The notes: generated by a model not told the origin, from the letters alone. A DNA stretch of 64,000 bases from Lama glama (GCA_028534125.1 CM052818.1:20338001-20402000), one strand, 5' to 3'; numbered from the stretch's first letter, positions 41,545 through 55,743 are shown. Numbers and translations: made by a program.

Positions 41545-44500
41545 GGTTTCCAGTCCAACATGTCAGGAGCTTGGAAGTTGTTGCTCTGTCCTAATGAATA
41601 AAAAGCTGAACAAACTGACAGATCAACAGCTCTTCTTAAAAATTATTGGGAGTATTAATGTCACAGGGCAAACCACTGCACCCAGTGGGAGACACAGGTA
41701 GGTAACTACAATGACTCACAACTCAGTGGTGCAGAAACTCTCAAGCAGCCACTCCCACGGAAACCAGCACAGGGCAGGGAAGCCTGCACTGAAATTGGCA
41801 AATCGCTGGGGTCCCAGAGTGGACAAGTCTGAGAGTCAAAGACTCGGGGCTTACCCCATCATAGAGACCCCTACACTTTTGTTTTACCTCTAGTTGTCTG
41901 ACCAGGTTCTCACAGTGAATACTGGAGGAAAATTCCCTTATGCTTCTGACAGGGGGAGAGGGAAAGTATTTTGAAATACACTAGAGTACTCTGTTCTTAA
42001 CAAGGCCTGCTCTCAGGAGAAACTATTTTAACAGAGACTGAACTATTGTAGCTTTATCAGATCATAACCGACCTAGGCGAAGGGAAATATCCAACTCTAG
42101 CCTACTCTAGCTATCCTGTTCCACATTAGGGGGAGGGCAGGGAACCCTTAGAAACACGTATGAGGGTCATAGGTCAGAGGCACAAGCTCACCAAAAGACT
42201 GAAATCTAATCATGAGACTATAGAATGCTTCCCTTCCCCCACACTCTAGCACCATATTTCTAAAGGCTTATTTGCCGTGGTTCCTTTTACCCCATATATC
42301 ATGTCTGATTATCAAGAAAAAAATTACAAGGCATACTAAAAGGCAAAAACACAGCTTGAAGAGAGCAAGCAGCAGAACCAGACCCAGACCAGACATGACA
42401 GGGATGTTGGAATGATACCAGGAATTTAAAACAACTATAATAAATATGCTAAGGGCTCTAATCAATAAACTAAACAGTATGTAAGGACAGATAGGCAAGC
42501 AGAGAGAGAGAGAGAAATTCTAAGAAAGAATCAAAAGGATATGCTAGAGATCAAAATCACTGTCACAGAAATGGAAAGAGCCACTGATGGGCCCATCAGT
42601 AAAATGAACATAACTGAGGAAAGAATCTCTGAGCTTGAGAACATGTCAATAGAAACTTCCAAAACAGAAAAGCAAAGGGAAAAAAGAAGAAGAAAAGGAA
42701 CAGGATATCCAAGAACCATGAGACAATTTCAAAAGATATAACATGTATTATGAGAATACCAGAAGGACAAGAAAGAGAAAAATGAACAAAAGAAATATTT
42801 GAAGCAAAAATGAACTAAGAATGTCCTCAAATTAAAGCCAGACGCCAAGCCACAGACACAAGAAGCTTAGAGAACACCAAGAAAGATAAACAACAACAAC
42901 AACAACACCACCACCCCAAAACAATAAAACACATATACAAGCTGCAGAAAATAAAAGAAATAGTCTTGAAAGAAGCCGGAGGAACATAACACCTTACCTA
43001 TAGAAGAGCAAAGATAAGAATTATATCTGACCTCTCAGAAACCACATAAGAAGAGAGTGTAGTGAAATATTTAAAGTATTGAGAGGAAAAAAAAAAAACC
43101 CATTGAATTCTGTACCCTGTGACATTATCCTTCTGAAGTGAAGAAGAAATAAAAACTTTCTCAGACAAATCACTTTAAATGTCAGTGGTCTAAACACACT
43201 GATTAGAGATTGTTAGAGTGGATCAAAAAATAAGACTTAACTATATATCATCTAGAAGAAACACACTTTAAATGTAAGATGCTTATAGATTAAAGTTAAA
43301 AGTATGGAGAAAGATATACCATGCTTACACTAATCAAAAGAAAGCAGGAGTAGCTATACTCATTTCTGACAGAGCAGACTTTAGAATGAAGAAAGTTATC
43401 AGGGATATCAAAGGGCATAATGATAAAGGGCTCAATTCTCCAAGAAGATATTAAAATCCTTAATCTGTATGCACCTAACAACAAAGCATCGAAATACATA
43501 AGGCAAAAACACGGAACTCCAAGGAGAAATAGATGAATCTACTATTATAGTTGGAGGCTTTAACACCCCTCTATCAGAAATGGACAGATCCAGAAGGCAG
43601 AAAAATCAGTAAGGATATACTTGAAGTCAACAGCCCCATCAATCAACTGGATATAACTGACTACTATATCTACTGACTACAACATCCAACAACAGCAGAA
43701 CACACATTCTTCTCAAGCTCACATGGAACATTTACCAAGACAGATCACTCTGTGAGCCATAAAACACACCTCAGCAATTTTAAAAGAACAGAAAGCATAC
43801 AATGTCTACTCTCAGACCACAGTGGCAATGAATTAGAAATCAGTATCAAAAATAGTTGAAAAATCCCCAAATACATGAAAATGAAACAACATACTGATAA
43901 ATAGCACAAATCAAAGAAGAAATCTCAAGAGAAATTTTTAAATCTTTTGAACTGATTGAAAATGAAAATACAACTTATAATAATTATCAGGATGCAGCAA
44001 AAGCATCCTTTGAAGACACAATCTGCCCAAACTCACACATGAAATAGACAATTTAAGAGGTCTATATCTATTAAAGAAATTAAATCAATAATTAACAACC
44101 TTCCAAAACACATAGTACCAGGTTCAGATGGGATCTGTAGTAAATCCCACCACACATTAAGAAATTATACCAATCCTCTACAATATCTTCTAGAAGATGA
44201 AAGCAAAGGAAATTTCCTAACTCATTTTATGAAGCCCACATTACCCTAATATCAAAACTAACAAAGACATTACAAGAAAAGACAACTGCAGATAATTATC
44301 TCTCACAAATATAGATATAAAAATCCTCAACAAAATACTAGCAAGTTGAATCCAACAATGTATAAAAAGAAATATAAACCATGACAAAATGAGATTTATC
44401 TCAGGTATGCAAAGCTATACCAACATTTGAAAATCAATTAATGTACTCCATCATATCAACAGGCTAAAAAGATAAACCACAAATCCTATCAACTGTTGCA

Positions 44501-46850
44501 GAAAAAACATCTGACAAACATCCATTCATAATAAGAACCAAGAAATAGAGGGGAACTTCAACTTGATAAAGAACACCTACAAAAACCTGCAACTAATATC
44601 ATACTTAATGGTGAGAAAATAGAAGTCCTTTAGTTTCAGAAACAAGGCAAAGATACCCCCTTCACCACTCCTTTTCAATACTGTATTGGAAGTACTAGCT
44701 AACGCAATAAGACAAGAAAAGGAGATATGAGGTACAGTGATTGAAAAGAAGAAATAAAACTATTTGCCGATGACATGGTCATCTATGTAGAAAATCTGAA
44801 AAAAAAAATGACAAAAAAACCTCCTTGAACTAATACAAGTGATTGTAGCAGGGTTGCAGGACACAAGGCTAGTAAAAGGCTAGTATACAAAAATAAATTG
44901 CTTTCCTATGTATCAACAATAATTAATGGAATTCAAAATTAAAAACATGATACCATTTGCATTAGCACCTAAAAAATGAAATACTTAGGTACAAATCTAA
45001 GGAAATATGTACAAGATCTATGAAGAAAACTATGAAAATCTGATGAAAGAAATGAACAAATACCCTAAATAAGTGGAGAGATATTCTGTTCATGGAAATA
45101 TCTCTCATGAGGTATTCATGAGAAGTCTCAGTGCTGTCAGGATGTCAGTTCTTCCCAATGTGATCTACAGATTCAATTAAATCTCAATCAAAATCGCAGA
45201 AGATTATTTTGTGGATATAAACAGATTCTAAACTTTATATGAAGATGCAAAAGACCCAGAATAGCCAACGCAATGTTAAAGAACAGAGTTGGCTGACTGA
45301 CAACCTGACTTTAAGACTTATTGTCAACCTACAGTAATCAAGACAGTGGATATTGGTGAAAGAATAGATAAAAGCAGATTAATGGAACAGAACAGAGAAG
45401 AAATAACCTCCATAAATATACAACTAATTTTTGGCAAAGGAACAAAAGCAATATGGTGTGCCAAAGATAGTCTTTTCATCAGATGGTACTAGAACAACTG
45501 GACATCCAATGCAAAAAAAAAAAAAAGTGAACATAGACGCGTTTTCACAAAAAGCAGCTCTAAATGGATCACAAACCTAAATATAAAACTCAAAACTATG
45601 AAACTCCTGGAAGATAATATAGGAGGAAATCGAGGTAACCTTGGCTATGGCAATGACTTTTTAAATACAACATCCAAGGCATGATTAATGAAAGAAATAA
45701 TAAGCTGGACTTCATTAAAATTAGAAATTTCTGCTTTGCAAGAGAATGAGAAGATAAGTCACAGACTGAGAGAAAAATACTTGCAAAACACATATCTGAT
45801 AAAAGCTTACCAAAATATGCAAAGAACTCTTAAATCTCGACAATAAGAAAATGGATAACCCAATTAAAAAAATGGGCAAAAGACCCAAGTAGAACTCTTA
45901 CTGAAGAAGGTACACAGATCACACAAGCATATGAGAAGTTGCTCCATATCAAATGTTATTAGGGAATCGCAAATTAAAACAACAAGGAGATACCACTACA
46001 CACCGATTAGAATGGCCAAAATCTAAAACACTGACAACAGCAAATGTTGATTGAGGATACAGAGCAACAGGAATTCTCATTCATTGCTGGTGGGAATGGA
46101 AAATGGTACATCCACTTTGGAAGACAGTTTGGAGGCTTCTCACAAAACTAAACAGACTCTTAGGCTACAAACCAGCAATCATACACCTGGTATTTACCCA
46201 AATAAATTGAGAATGTATGTCCACAAAAAAATCTAGGTATCTACAGCAGTTTTATTTATAATTATGAAAACTTGGAAGCAACTAAGACATCTTTTAGTAA
46301 GTGAATGGCTAAATATATTGTGGTACACTCATACCAAATTATGGAATATTATTCAGTACTAAAAATATATTAGCTATTAAACCATGAAAAGACATGGAGG
46401 AAACGTAACTGCATATTACTAAGTGAAAGAAGTCAATATGAAAAGACTGTATGCTGTGATCCCAACCATTTCTGGAAAAGCAAACTACGGAGACAGTAAA
46501 AGGATCAGTGGTTGCCAGGGTTGGGGGGAGGCAGGGATGAATAGCCAAAGCACAAAGGATTTTTAGGGCAGTGAAACTATTCTGTATGATACTATAATGG
46601 TGGATACAGCACATTGCACATTTGTCCAAACCTATAGAATGTTCAACACCAAGAGTGATCGCTAATGTTAACGGAGACACAATGATGTGTCAATGTAGGT
46701 TCATGGATTGTAACAAATGTATCACTCTGGTGTGGGGATGTTGATAGTAGAGGAGGCTGTCCATGTAGGAGGGTAGGAGGGTATACTGGAAATCCCTGTA
46801 CCTGCCCCTCAGTTTTGCTGTGAACCTAAAACTGCTCTAAAAGTCTAAAA
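41545..46850 (+). mobile_element. Decayed ~5.3 kb L1 (L1MC-type 3' end), antisense to PRKCE
   Basis: ORF1 remnants ~42420-43165; endonuclease start atcactttaaatgtcagtggtctaaac at ~43169; RT motif tttgccgatgacatg (FADDM) at ~44763; 3'UTR caccaagagtg...ttttgctgtgaacctaaaactgctctaaaa. Many stops and frameshifts; 5' limit uncertain. Confidence 0.92.
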
Positions 46851-46889
46851 CACACACACACACACACCCACCCACCCACACATACACAG
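46850..46889. repeat. (CA)n imperfect microsatellite at L1 tail
   Basis: Directly visible. Confidence 0.9.
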
Positions 46890-47414
46890 TTTCTGGAATG
46901 AAACCAGGCAGGATGGTGGCCAGACCTTCTACTGCTCCTGCATGCCCTGGTCACTGACTTGGAGGGAAGGACAATACAAACCCCACCCACATTCCTCCCC
47001 AACTGACATTTGAAGACCCGAACTGAATACAGAGCTGAAGATGCCCACAGAGCCAAAGGTGTAGAGGGTCAGGGGAGCGTGTATGCTGGTGGGAATAGAA
47101 CTTTCTCAGACAATATAAACAAACGAGGAAGCTCCACCACCACCTGGCCATGGTGCCGCTTCCACTGAGTTATTACTAACAATGTCTGAAAATCCTCAGG
47201 CCTATCATAGATTCCAGGCACTTTGCTCTGAATTCTCTGTCCCATTCCCCTTAGCAAAAGATACCCTTTGACACTCAGTTCACCTTCCCTGTACCTGCCC
47301 ACCAACCCCATGAAAGTCCTCTTCTGTCTCTTTTTGAGGTGACAGAAAGGACAAGGATGAAGCAACCAAACTAAGAATTTCTTAGCAAGGGCAGCTTATC
47401 TGCGTGATTTAGCC

Positions 47415-47434
47415 ACTGGCGCCCTCTGGTGGTG
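47415..47434 (-). promoter_or_regulatory. Candidate CTCF binding site
   Basis: Minus strand CACCACCAGAGGGCGCCAGT matches CCASYAGRKGGCRS at every position. Confidence 0.65.
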
Positions 47435-49569
47435 TAATGCCAGACCTGTCCATCCTAATGAAACAATTAGCTCAGGTTGGCTGGTCAGCAAAATAGAAAC
47501 AATCTTTGGGGACTTCATTATTCATTTTTTAAAAAAATTTTGTTATTTCCCTTGAAGAACTGTGTAGTTGTCTTAATATGTTAATAAAAAATGCCAATCA
47601 TATGTCAGTTAAAATGGACCACATGAAAGAATGACTTTGAAAAGTCTAGAAACACGAGTGCAAAGCTGGCTGAGAGATGGGAACTTAACATGATTTAGGC
47701 AGCCACAGTGAGGCTCCTGGAAGCTGCAGATCAGTGGCAGAAAACAGAAGGAAGCAAAAGAAACATTAAGTTCATTTACAGTAATGTGGGTCAGACAAAC
47801 CTGCCACATCTCCCCTGTCCCCACTCCACTGCCCCATCCTGATCAGTGAGCACCCAGGCCCAGAGCCGTGGGCTGCCAGCCCCCTCACAGCCCTAGGCTG
47901 CCCCGAAGGCTTCCTTTTCCAGGCTGCCTCTCATTGTTAATTTTCAGCAGTTCCACCTGGATAAACTGCGCTGGGAAGAAACAGAGCAGGCTTGCTGGGG
48001 CTCTTCTAAAAGGAGGATCATGACTGTGCCGCTACCCAGTTTTCATCACGAATTTGTTGAGCTCCCACAATGTACTGGGTGCTGCACTGCGGTGGCAGCA
48101 GTGTCATCCTCAGGACAGACAGGTGCTTGGGCACACTGACCTTCATTTTGGTTTCCATGTTTCCACCTTTTCCACAGCTGAGATTAAAGCTAGGGTTGCA
48201 ATGAGGCAGGTCAGGCTGCCGGGAATTCTTCCAAAGCAAGCGGACCACCTTGCAAGAACAATGACAAAGCCAGGCGTGGGGAGACAGGCAGGCCTATTGT
48301 CCTGCAGAAATCTCTTTACAATAGGGTGATGAGTGTGATTTGGCCCCAGAGGGTGAGCCGGGGCAGTGGTTTGATTTCATAATAGGTTACAGTCAGCTCT
48401 GTCATGTTTGGAAGCAGAGCACAATTACGAGTAGTAAGTGGTGTGCTTGTGCAGTGGAGGGGTGTTAAGAGTGACAGATGTAGAGTCCTGGGTAGAAGAG
48501 AATGAGAGGTCCTTGGGGGGGGGGTCACACTGGGCACCAACTGTCCCCAGGTAGAGACTTAGGGAGTCCTGATCACACTGGAATTATCATTCAAAGCTTT
48601 CCAAGAAGTGAAGGCTGGCTACCTGTCACCCAGCATTCCCCGGACAAAAACTCTTTTGAGTCTTCCAGTGACCTTCCGTGTACAATGGGAGGCATTTGTC
48701 ATGGTCCTCAGGCACTGCCAGCTGCTACTGCAAAGGATTCAGAATCCACCAAGAAGACTCTTGCAGCACTGCAGCTCTGAGCAGAGAACTGCTTCCTTCC
48801 TTTTCTGCCCTCTAGTTCTATCTGGTTACCTACCTAGAATATCTTCCTTCCCCAGGTCCTTCTCCTCCCTCAAAGTATAGCTCAAGCCCCATCTCTCTCA
48901 GAAAGTCTGTTCTGACCACCCAAGTCCTGCTGGCCTCTCTTGTCCTTGAATTGCTCACATGTATTTCTGACCCACTGCTTGAACTATTGTCTGTTATTTA
49001 ATTTGTTTTATTTAATGCCCAAGTAGAGGGCAAGTTTCTAGAAAGCTAAAGTAATGCTGTATCTCCAAGTTCTCACTGATGCCTTGCACAAAACAGGATG
49101 CCATGCTTTTCAGTGTATTCTAACTCTGTGGAAATTAGTAATACACATGCAGCATCAATGAGCAGACTCCAACAGATAACAGGGAACTGAAATCCTAAAG
49201 TCACTACACAGGTATTTCTGAGCATGCAAAATTAAATGTCAAGGCAAAAGAAGGCAAAGCAGTTAGTGAACGACTTATTTAGAAACAAACAAAAAGCATC
49301 CTATGTAACTCCCTCCTTATGAGGTTCAACCACAAAAGGGCTTGAAGTTACTGCAGGACTTCTAGGGGCCTTTCTTCCATAACTACTCATACATATGCAT
49401 AAACATGTATGTATGAGAAGGTAATGTTTAAATGATGTACGGAATAGCCATAATGTGGAATATTAAGCTGCCAGTAAAAAGAAAGAAGTAAACTTATATG
49501 CACTGACTTAGAAATACTCCAAGCCACATTGTAGGAAAATCAAATTATAGACCAATGCACATAGAGGTT

Positions 49570-49842
49570 TAATTAACAAATATTTGTTGAATGCTAATGT
49601 CTCAGGCACTGTTCTAGATGTTGAAGAAACAGCAGAGAACAAAAATAGACCAAAAAAACCTCTGCCCTCATGGACCCTATATTCTGATGATAGAGAAATA
49701 AATACAAATAATAGGTAATTTAGAGTATTAGAAGGTAACAAGTGTCACAGAGAAAAAAAAAGCAGAGGGTGAAGGAAGAGAGATGGGAGCTTCAATTTTT
49801 TAAAAGGGTGGTCAGAGTAGACCTCCCAGAGGAGGTGATCGA
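49570..49842 (-). mobile_element. L2 3' end
   Basis: aacaaatatttgttgaatgct...caggcactgttctagatg...ctgccctcatggaccctatattct. Confidence 0.75.
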
Positions 49843-49877
49843 ATTGGTGTGGGGGTGTGTGTATGGTGTGAAGAGGG

Positions 49878-50390
49878 GTGGGCAGCCCTAACTTGGCTAT
49901 ATAACTTGGCTTATAATGATCTCCACCTTCTAGTATCTGAGCCTTTACATCATTCCCTCCCATTAAATGGGGGCTAGGCAGAATGATTCTCTTCTAAGGA
50001 ACAGACGATGTCAAAAGCAACAGAATGAAACTGTAAGTTTAAGTTACAAGAGGGTGGCTTCTGTTTCAGACATCCTCTCTCCCTTTCTCGTTTGTTTGCT
50101 CTGAAAGAAACTAGCTTCCATGTTGTGAGTTATCCCATGGAGAGGCTGACGTCTCCTGCCAACAGTCACATGGGTGAGCTGGGAAGGGATTCTCTGCAAG
50201 CCCTCAGATGAGACCAAAGCCCCAGCTGTCTGCTTGACTGCGAATTCATGAGACACTCTAAGTCAGAAGCGCTCAACTAACCTGCATCTAGATTTATAAC
50301 TTGGAGAAACTCTTGATATAATAAATACTGGTTGCGTTAAGCCACTAGGTTTTGGGACAATTTGTTATGTAGCAGCAGACACCTAATACG
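49878..50390 (+). mobile_element. MaLR solo LTR (MLT1F-like)
   Basis: ctgccaacagtcacatgggtgagctggg...cctcagatgagacc...AATAAA...ttaagccactaggttttggg...ttgttatgtagcagcagacacctaatac. Confidence 0.8.
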
Positions 50391-50763
50391 GTGTGTATGT
50401 GTGTGTGCAAGTATCTGTGCAGCAGACATACACAAAAAGGCCTTAAAGGACCCACAGCAAATTGTTAGTAATATTTAAGTCTGGGGATAGACGTGGAAAG
50501 AGAACATAAAGGGGTTTAATGTTTTATACATATACTCAAGTCTTGCTTAAATCGTTTATGGTAAGAATTATTTATGTATTACTTGTGTTCTTTTTTTCTT
50601 AATTCTAAAAATACAAATAAAAGTTGAAGATATGACAAGAAACCTAGCTGTTGAAAAAAAAAGTAACAGTAAAGGACTGACATTTTCAGAAATCGAGAGA
50701 ATAAAAATCTTTTTCCATGTCTTTAGAGTATTTTTAAAAAATCCAAACACTTTTTTAAAAAAT

Positions 50764-50820
50764 GGGAAGGAGGGAGGGAAGAAGGGAGGGAGGAAGAGAA
50801 GGAGAGAAGGAGGGAGAAGA
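50764..50820. repeat. Polypurine (GGA/GAA-rich) tract
   Basis: gggaaggagggagggaagaagggagggaggaagagaaggagagaaggagggagaaga. Confidence 0.9.
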
Positions 50821-52689
50821 CCTTTCCTTTCTCTTATCTTTAAGGCTACCACAGTCATTCCATGAAATGCAGCGAAGATTACTCTGGTTTCATTATAACT
50901 CTCAGAAGATAGCAGGCAGTGGGGTTACAAGGAAGCCCAGGGTCACCTGGCCAGGGGGCTCCGCCTGCAGCTTCTTTGCCAGGCAGAAAGGGAACCAGGA
51001 CAGACCAGTTCCCTGGACTCCTAATCTGGGATCTTCACAAGCCACAACTCCATCCTTAAGGGATTTGCCCCCAAACAAGATGGTCTGTTCTTTGTTACCG
51101 CTTGGAAAGTAAGTGATATTCTGCTCCTTAGCCCACAAAAGCAGCCTCGGATCATAGTTGTTATTAGGATAGGATCTCAGAGGGAGGCAGGGAACCAGGA
51201 AGGAAATTCTTTAGGAATCTCCAGGCCAGACCTTTCCCAAGTGTACCTGGTTCCCCACTTGGCCTGGAGCTGCAGTCAGAGCAGACAGGCAGGAGCAGGG
51301 GGCCCACCCCAGATAGGGGTAGGAAAACCAGGGCTGTGCAGGGCCCTTCAGGACAGACTGTAAATTGTGGAAAGAGGTCTGGCTTTCTGTTAAATTGTCT
51401 CTCAGTGCCTGATGATGTCAGGGTGGCTGTGCTGGAGACGTGAGTGTGAGATCATGGGTGGAAAAGAATTGCGAGGTGGCCCACAGGGCAGGTGCAAGCG
51501 CCATGTCTTCTTGAGAGAAGGCAACAAAAATCATAACGTACTGGGAGTCTTTACCTCCAGGGGAAACTGACTCCAGGGGTCAATGGAAAAATAAAACACA
51601 GGTGCAAAAGGATCCTCGAGGGGTTCACTGTGTAGGTGAAGGTCAGGTTGGGGAAGCAGTACAGTTAAAATATAGTGAAGAACAAAAAGGATTTAAGTGC
51701 TTCAGCAAACTAGTGATGCTAATATCTGAATGTCTGAAGCTAATTTCTGTACCATCTAACAGTGGCTGAGGCTCTCAGACAGACCCTCAGTGAGTCTGGA
51801 GAGAGACTTAGAGACTATGAGGACGCTTGAATCATAAGACAAAAGACAGGAATAAGGTATTTTGCCTGTTCCCTTTTACTGACGGTGTTTTTCTGCCTTT
51901 GATTAAGGAGCTCAGTTACCCAACAACTGCCCATCAGCATCCTCCCAGCATCTGACCCCTCTGGGCTGTGGGCAGGGAAGCAGCAGCCCAGAAGACAGAT
52001 GTGGGTCCCCACAGGTCCCTGCTTGTATCCTTTTGTGCACACTGTTCTCCATTTCTCCATTCCTCACCAGTAAAACAGGGATAACTATGTTCCCTCTACC
52101 TGGCTGATGAAGGGGCGGTCCCTGGAAGAGTACATACACAACACTCGAACCTATGTGGCTCAGGTAATTTTAGGCTGACTAGGACAATCTCGTGGGTCCT
52201 TCCCTATAGACCCAAGCTCTTGAGAAACCGGTTTCATTAGAAACACCTAAACCTATTATCCCCAGGAGTGGAAATGGCAACAAAGCTGAAGCCATAGATC
52301 AGCAGGCCAAATGGCTGGTATCCCACCATGGCCAAGGGACAGGACTCCAGCCCAAGAGGCCAAACCAGCCTGATCCAGCCAAAGAGAAGATCTGAAGGGG
52401 TCTTCAGAGCAGGAGAGGGTGTGGAGCATGGACCGGAGCCAAGCTGTCTGGGTTAACTCCAGCTCCATGGGGACTTGCTCTGGGACCCCAGGCGGGTCAT
52501 TAAGTCTTGATTTCTTTTACTTAGCAATCATAGGCTAAGAGAAGAACCATGCTTAGTTCTGGAGAAGAAGGGCCCCTGCTCTGGCCCATCCTGGCCTCCT
52601 GTGGCCAGCATCCTCTCCACAGGGTAAGGGGCCTGCAGGGACAAAAAGACTTGAAGTTGAGAAAGGATCAAAAGAGAGAAAAAATCACA

Positions 52690-52990
52690 GGCGATCTGGG
52701 GGGCAGTGAAACCATTCTGCGATACTTTAGGGGTAGACATATGTCATTATACATTTATTAAAACCCATAGAATGTCCAACACCAAGAGTGAAATGAATGT
52801 AAATTATAGACTTTGGGTGATTATAATGTGTCAGTGTAAGTTCAGTGATTGTAACACATGTACCACTCTCATGGGAGATGCTGACCGTGGGGGAGGCTCG
52901 ATGTATGTAGGGGCAGGGAGTATATGGGAAAATGCTCAGTTTTGTTGTGAAACCAAAACTGCTTTAAAAAAATAATGTCTATGAATTAAA
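52690..52990 (+). mobile_element. L1MC-type 3' end fragment
   Basis: Homologous to 46560-46845: ggcagtgaaaccattctg...caacaccaagagtga...cagttttgttgtgaaaccaaaactgct. Confidence 0.88.
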
Positions 52991-53759
52991 GAGAGATACA
53001 AAGAGAAAAAAGAGCAGCAGAAGAAAAGAGCAAGGGAGAAACGGCCAAGTAACAGTCACAGAGGAACAGGAGAGGGCAGATCCGTGACTCTTTGCTTGGG
53101 GCCCTAAATTCTGACCAGTCTGTCTCTGTGTGGCCTGACTCCCCCCACCTCCTGGGCTCCAGTGCACAGGAATTCTTGCTCTAGGCAGCCTCATTCTCCC
53201 CATCCTTTACTTGAGCAGGCTTGCCAGTGTTTCCTGCCAAAACAGAGCTCTATACACTGTGCCTGGGCCCAGCCTTCTTCCAGGGTCATCTAGGGACCCA
53301 AAGCCCTAGCAGCCACGTCTGGGTGTCTGGGCAGCCTTCTTAAAATATCAATATTTATGAGATGACGGTATCTTCATTTAGATTCCCCAGATAGATCAAT
53401 AATTAATATATTTACTAAAAACCAGACATGGCCTCATCAGAGTCCCATCCAAAGTGGGCTCTGTGTTTCCCGGCAACCCCACTCAACTTTTCAAAAATGC
53501 ATCACTCCTCTGCTGAAAACATTCGAGATTCTTGCTGCTATCTTTTCCTTTCTCTTCCTTTGTTTTAGTGTCACTTAATGGTAAGAAGGACTTCGGGCAG
53601 ACCCTGCTTCGTTCAGATTGTGTGCTAGAATTCTAGGAAGGGAAACGGGAATGTCTGGGAAGCTCCCCCAGGACACCAGATGTGTCAGCAGTCAGCACTT
53701 CCTCCTGTGCTGGGTCAGGTCGTCCTCACTTCCCACAACAGCTATTTCTAATCCCTCTC

Positions 53760-54580
53760 ATGCATTCCACACCACCCCCACCTCTCACCTCAACTTTGAC
53801 AGGATCTCCTATTTCAGAATTAAGGGAACTCTGGTTGCAATGCCCTCAACAGACTCAGAACTAAGATGATCACTCTGCCCAGTCACCTCCTCCTGGAACC
53901 CCTTCCCTGTCACAGGACATGTATCTGCATCCAGAGCTGGCTTTGAGGCATTCCCTCCTGCTTGGGAGGAAGGGTATCCATCTCTCTACTCATCTGCTCT
54001 TTTGATTCCATGGTGTCATCCCTTGCTACTTTTCCTCCTACCTCTGAGGTCCTTCCCTCCAGGTACCTTGACACACTCATCCTAGGATGGTACTCTGTAC
54101 CATCCCACTCCCTGGTTCCCAAGGTATTTTCTCCTGTCTTCACACTCAAGGTACTTCTCCTGGGGATGACACCTACTTTACAGCTTTAACTACTACTTAG
54201 GCATTAACAAATCCCCAATCAGATGTTCAGTCTGGACCTCTCTCCTGAATTTTTATGACAATGTCCAACAGTTGGACAGCTCCATGTAAATTTCCCACAG
54301 GCATCTCAGAGTCAACATGTCCCCAACTCAATTCCACCATCAATGCCTGCAGCCCTGCCCTCCCTCACGTATTCCCTGTCTCAGTGAGTAGTGTCTATCC
54401 TCCCAGCTGGATCTGGTCACTACAGCCAATAAATTACTCCTAATACCTCTGAAGTTACTCTCCCCTCTTTTATTCCCACTACAGCCAAGACTTCATTTCC
54501 AGCCCTCAAAATTTCTCATTGGGAGCCCTTTATTCAATGGCCAACTGGTTCACAGCCTCAGCTTTCCTTCTTATCCTTTA
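53760..54580 (+). mobile_element. L2 internal fragment
   Basis: gacctctctcctgaa...aggcatctcagagtcaacatgtcc...ttccctgtctcagtga. Confidence 0.65.
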
Positions 54581-54672
54581 CCTCTTTTTCTAATTTTTCC
54601 ACAATGGGAACTTACTAATAATGCACTCAGTAATGATAAAATACTGTCTTTTATAACATAAAATAATTTAAC

Positions 54673-54761
54673 AAAATGTAATACATTTTACATTTATAAA
54701 TTAAATTTAAAATTAAAATTTAATTTATTTAAACAGTAAAATTCGAAATTTTACTGTTTAA
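54673..54761. repeat. AT-rich cluster of three inverted repeats
   Basis: Arms 54673-80/54682-89, 54696-708/54716-28 and 54729-43/54747-61 are exact reverse complements. Confidence 0.9.
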
Positions 54762-54984
54762 TGAAATAAAACACTGTTTTCAAATAATGTCCACACAACA
54801 TTCCTGCCCAGTGGTTCACGGTAGCCCAACTCTGTGAGCAGGCTGAACGAGCTGATGGAACTGGACTCTCTACCCAGGCCCCTGGGGTACGTTCCCACCC
54901 CCCATAATACTTGTCATTATCTGTGTCACTTAGCACACTCGTTTGAGCAGAAGGCAATTTATGAGCAGGACAGCTGGAAATAGA

Positions 54985-55165
54985 GGAAGAAACTCTAGAC
55001 TCAGAAGTCAAGGTTCAAACCCTACTTCTGCTCACAAGCTATGTGACACTGTCAAATTACTTAGTCTCTGAGCCTCAGTTTCCTCATGGGGGACATGGGG
55101 ATGATAGCACATCCGTCAGAGGCCCACAAAGAATCAATAAGATGTGTTACGTGACAGCATTCTAG
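54985..55165 (+). mobile_element. MIR
   Basis: ggttcaaaccctacttctgc...gctatgtgacact...ttacttagtctctgagcctcagtttcctcat. Confidence 0.8.
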
Positions 55166-55542
55166 CCCGGCTCTCTCCAAGAGTAAGTTCTGAACCACAG
55201 AGGTGACAGGAAAGTATCTGTGACTTACTTCGGGGCTTAAGTCCAAAAGCCATTTCTTCCCTTCTACTCTAATGTATCTTTTCCTTAAAATATTTCTGTA
55301 CTTTTGGGGACCCATCTTGTCTCCCTAGCTTGTTAACCATCTTAAAAGGTGCAGTCACACCTTCTTCCCTCTGGCTCCCTCTACAGAACCCCCCTGGACG
55401 GTCTCTGCACAGATACTGCTTAACAAATGCTTAGAGTAACTAAAGACGGCTTAGCGAGGGCTTGTGCTCAGTCCTCTGGCCAGACTTGGAGTGAACTCTC
55501 GAGGCTACAAGAAGAAAGATTCTTTAAGAGGAGGCAACATCA

Positions 55543-55743
<201 letters not shown>

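Noticed and set aside
41545..46850. Active or coding L1
   Set aside because: No long ORF survives; numerous stops, frameshifts and deletions
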